Source: an uncultured Spirochaetota bacterium (GTDB lineage Bacteria; Spirochaetota; Spirochaetia; SZUA-6; Fen-1364). Taken from it: DNA of 64,000 nt. Within the stretch, counting starts at the first letter, position 1, and each line of letters starts with the position of its first letter. Of the stretch, positions 62,888 to 64,000 are shown one piece after another. The position numbers were made by a program, and so were the translations under genes. The stretch covers positions 832,001 to 896,000 of the forward strand of contig CAWGAA010000003.1 of the NCBI GenBank assembly GCA_963820525.1, read 5' to 3'. The notes under the pieces are model-generated. The model ran no database searches. It was not told where the DNA came from and saw only the letters and a list, made by a program, of their open reading frames with translations.

Positions 62888-63395
62888 GGACGCGCATCGG
62901 AGCCGCTGGTTGCCGCAATGCTCCGGGTGTCTTTTTTAACGACGTCGCGCCAAGGTCTGCGCTACGACTGGAAAGAAGTCGGGTTGACCGTCAGCGGGAG
63001 AGCAAATCACTAACAGCAACCAAGGATGGTTCGCTTCGCGTTGCACAGCGCCGCCGCGCAGCTTAACCACATCGTTGTTCGAGGCAGATAACCTCTCATG
63101 ACAATGACGCCATGTTGTCATTGCATTTTCTCTTTTTTATGCACTCAATATCCATATTCTATGCGATATACTTAGGAGGCCCATTCCATGGAAAAAAGAA
63201 GAAAAATTAACCGATGGGATAGGCGCAGGTCAAAAAAAGGCTCCGCAGGTTGAAAGAGTCTGAGGAATATAAGAAAATAGAGAGTACTCTTGATACGGTG
63301 GACATCAAATTGCCTGAGCTTACTGAAAAACAAAAAGAAGGAATAAAGAGCGATCTCCTTAAAGATTTTAATAGCTACAGTTTGTCGGGTAATTG

Positions 63396-63782
63396 TTAGC
63401 TCTCCGGAGCCCGCTTACCGTGGATACGCGGGGTTGGCGTCTTTCTCGCGGGGGACGGTAGCTTTTTAAGAAGGCGATCGGTGACGCGCAACGACATCCT
63501 CTCCATTTGAGCGATGATTCTGTCCAGTTCGCGGCCGGTGGCAACCCAGACGGCGAGAAGGTCGGCCTGTTCGCGCGTCAGGCGGACTGTGACGGTTTTT
63601 CCATCCACCTTGCGGGTCCACTGGTAGTAGGGACCGTGAAGGCGGGGCGGAGAAGCTTGGCAGGCGCAGCCGGGCTTGCCGCAGGCCATGAAGCGTTTCA
63701 GCAAGGTGCCACGGCGGAAATAGCCGACTCGGCTGAGGGCGCGCTGGAGCTGCTGGTAGTTTTGCGGAAGATCGGTTTTCAT
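63396..63782 (-). CDS. DUF6788-family (IS-associated) small protein
   Basis: GTL......CGKPGC.C......HGPYYQWT....GKT. Confidence 0.75.
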   Translation of the reverse strand: MKTDLPQNYQQLQRALSRVGYFRRGTLLKRFMACGKPGCACQASPPRLHGPYYQWTRKVDGKTVTVRLTREQADLLAVWVATGRELDRIIAQMERMSLRVTDRLLKKLPSPARKTPTPRIHGKRAPES

Positions 63783-64000
63783 AGAAATATATCTTGACAG
63801 AAAACTGTCTACAGTTATAATACTGTTAGATATGTTGCCCGTCAAGCTTCCCCGGCGTTGGTTTTTCTCCCGGATCCTCGCTTCGATGTGCGTGTGCGTC
63901 TTTCTCGGCCTGGGCATCTTGATCTTCTCCAGCGCCCCCTCCATGGCAGCCGCCGATAGAGCAATCGTTCCCCAGGAGGTCCTCGTCCATGCAAACCACT

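Noticed and set aside
63375..63815. Complete IS around the DUF6788 gene
   Set aside because: Only weak CAGTTT/AAACTG end similarity and no transposase in the window
1..64000. Integron integrase, tRNA or rRNA genes
   Set aside because: No tyrosine-recombinase motifs or recognisable stable RNA genes were seen

Overview
Positions ~1-48,000 hold a large integron-type gene-cassette array with cassettes on the + strand. No intI or primary attI is visible, so these probably lie left of the window. About 20 long, often branched 'A-type' attC sites and about 6 simpler 'B-type' attC sites separate cargo that includes many defence-type genes (two R-M loci, PD-(D/E)XK, HNH, GIY-YIG, Fic, DUF2971, DUF5343/Swt1-HEPN), methyltransferases and ORF-less cassettes. 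The main finding is two-level nesting. Seven A-type cassettes begin with an attI-like site (L box, 5-6 bp, GTT) 36-45 bp in, usually overlapping a sigma70-like promoter. In five of them B-type cassettes with their own matching R boxes sit exactly at that GTT, so these cassettes appear to act as portable promoter+attI mini-integrons. Other features: three apparently identical 1,505-bp cassettes carrying only an IS91-family HUH/Y2 transposase; three IS1182-family elements each inserted at the AAC of an attC R'' box; an IS630 splitting the SAM motif of a type IIG R-M gene; and two homologous structured non-coding cassettes. From ~48 kb on the DNA looks like ordinary chromosome (MFS transporters, acyltransferase, nucleoside hydrolase, GH2, GT39) with a few orphan attC remnants. 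All calls come from reading motifs by eye; no database searches were run.
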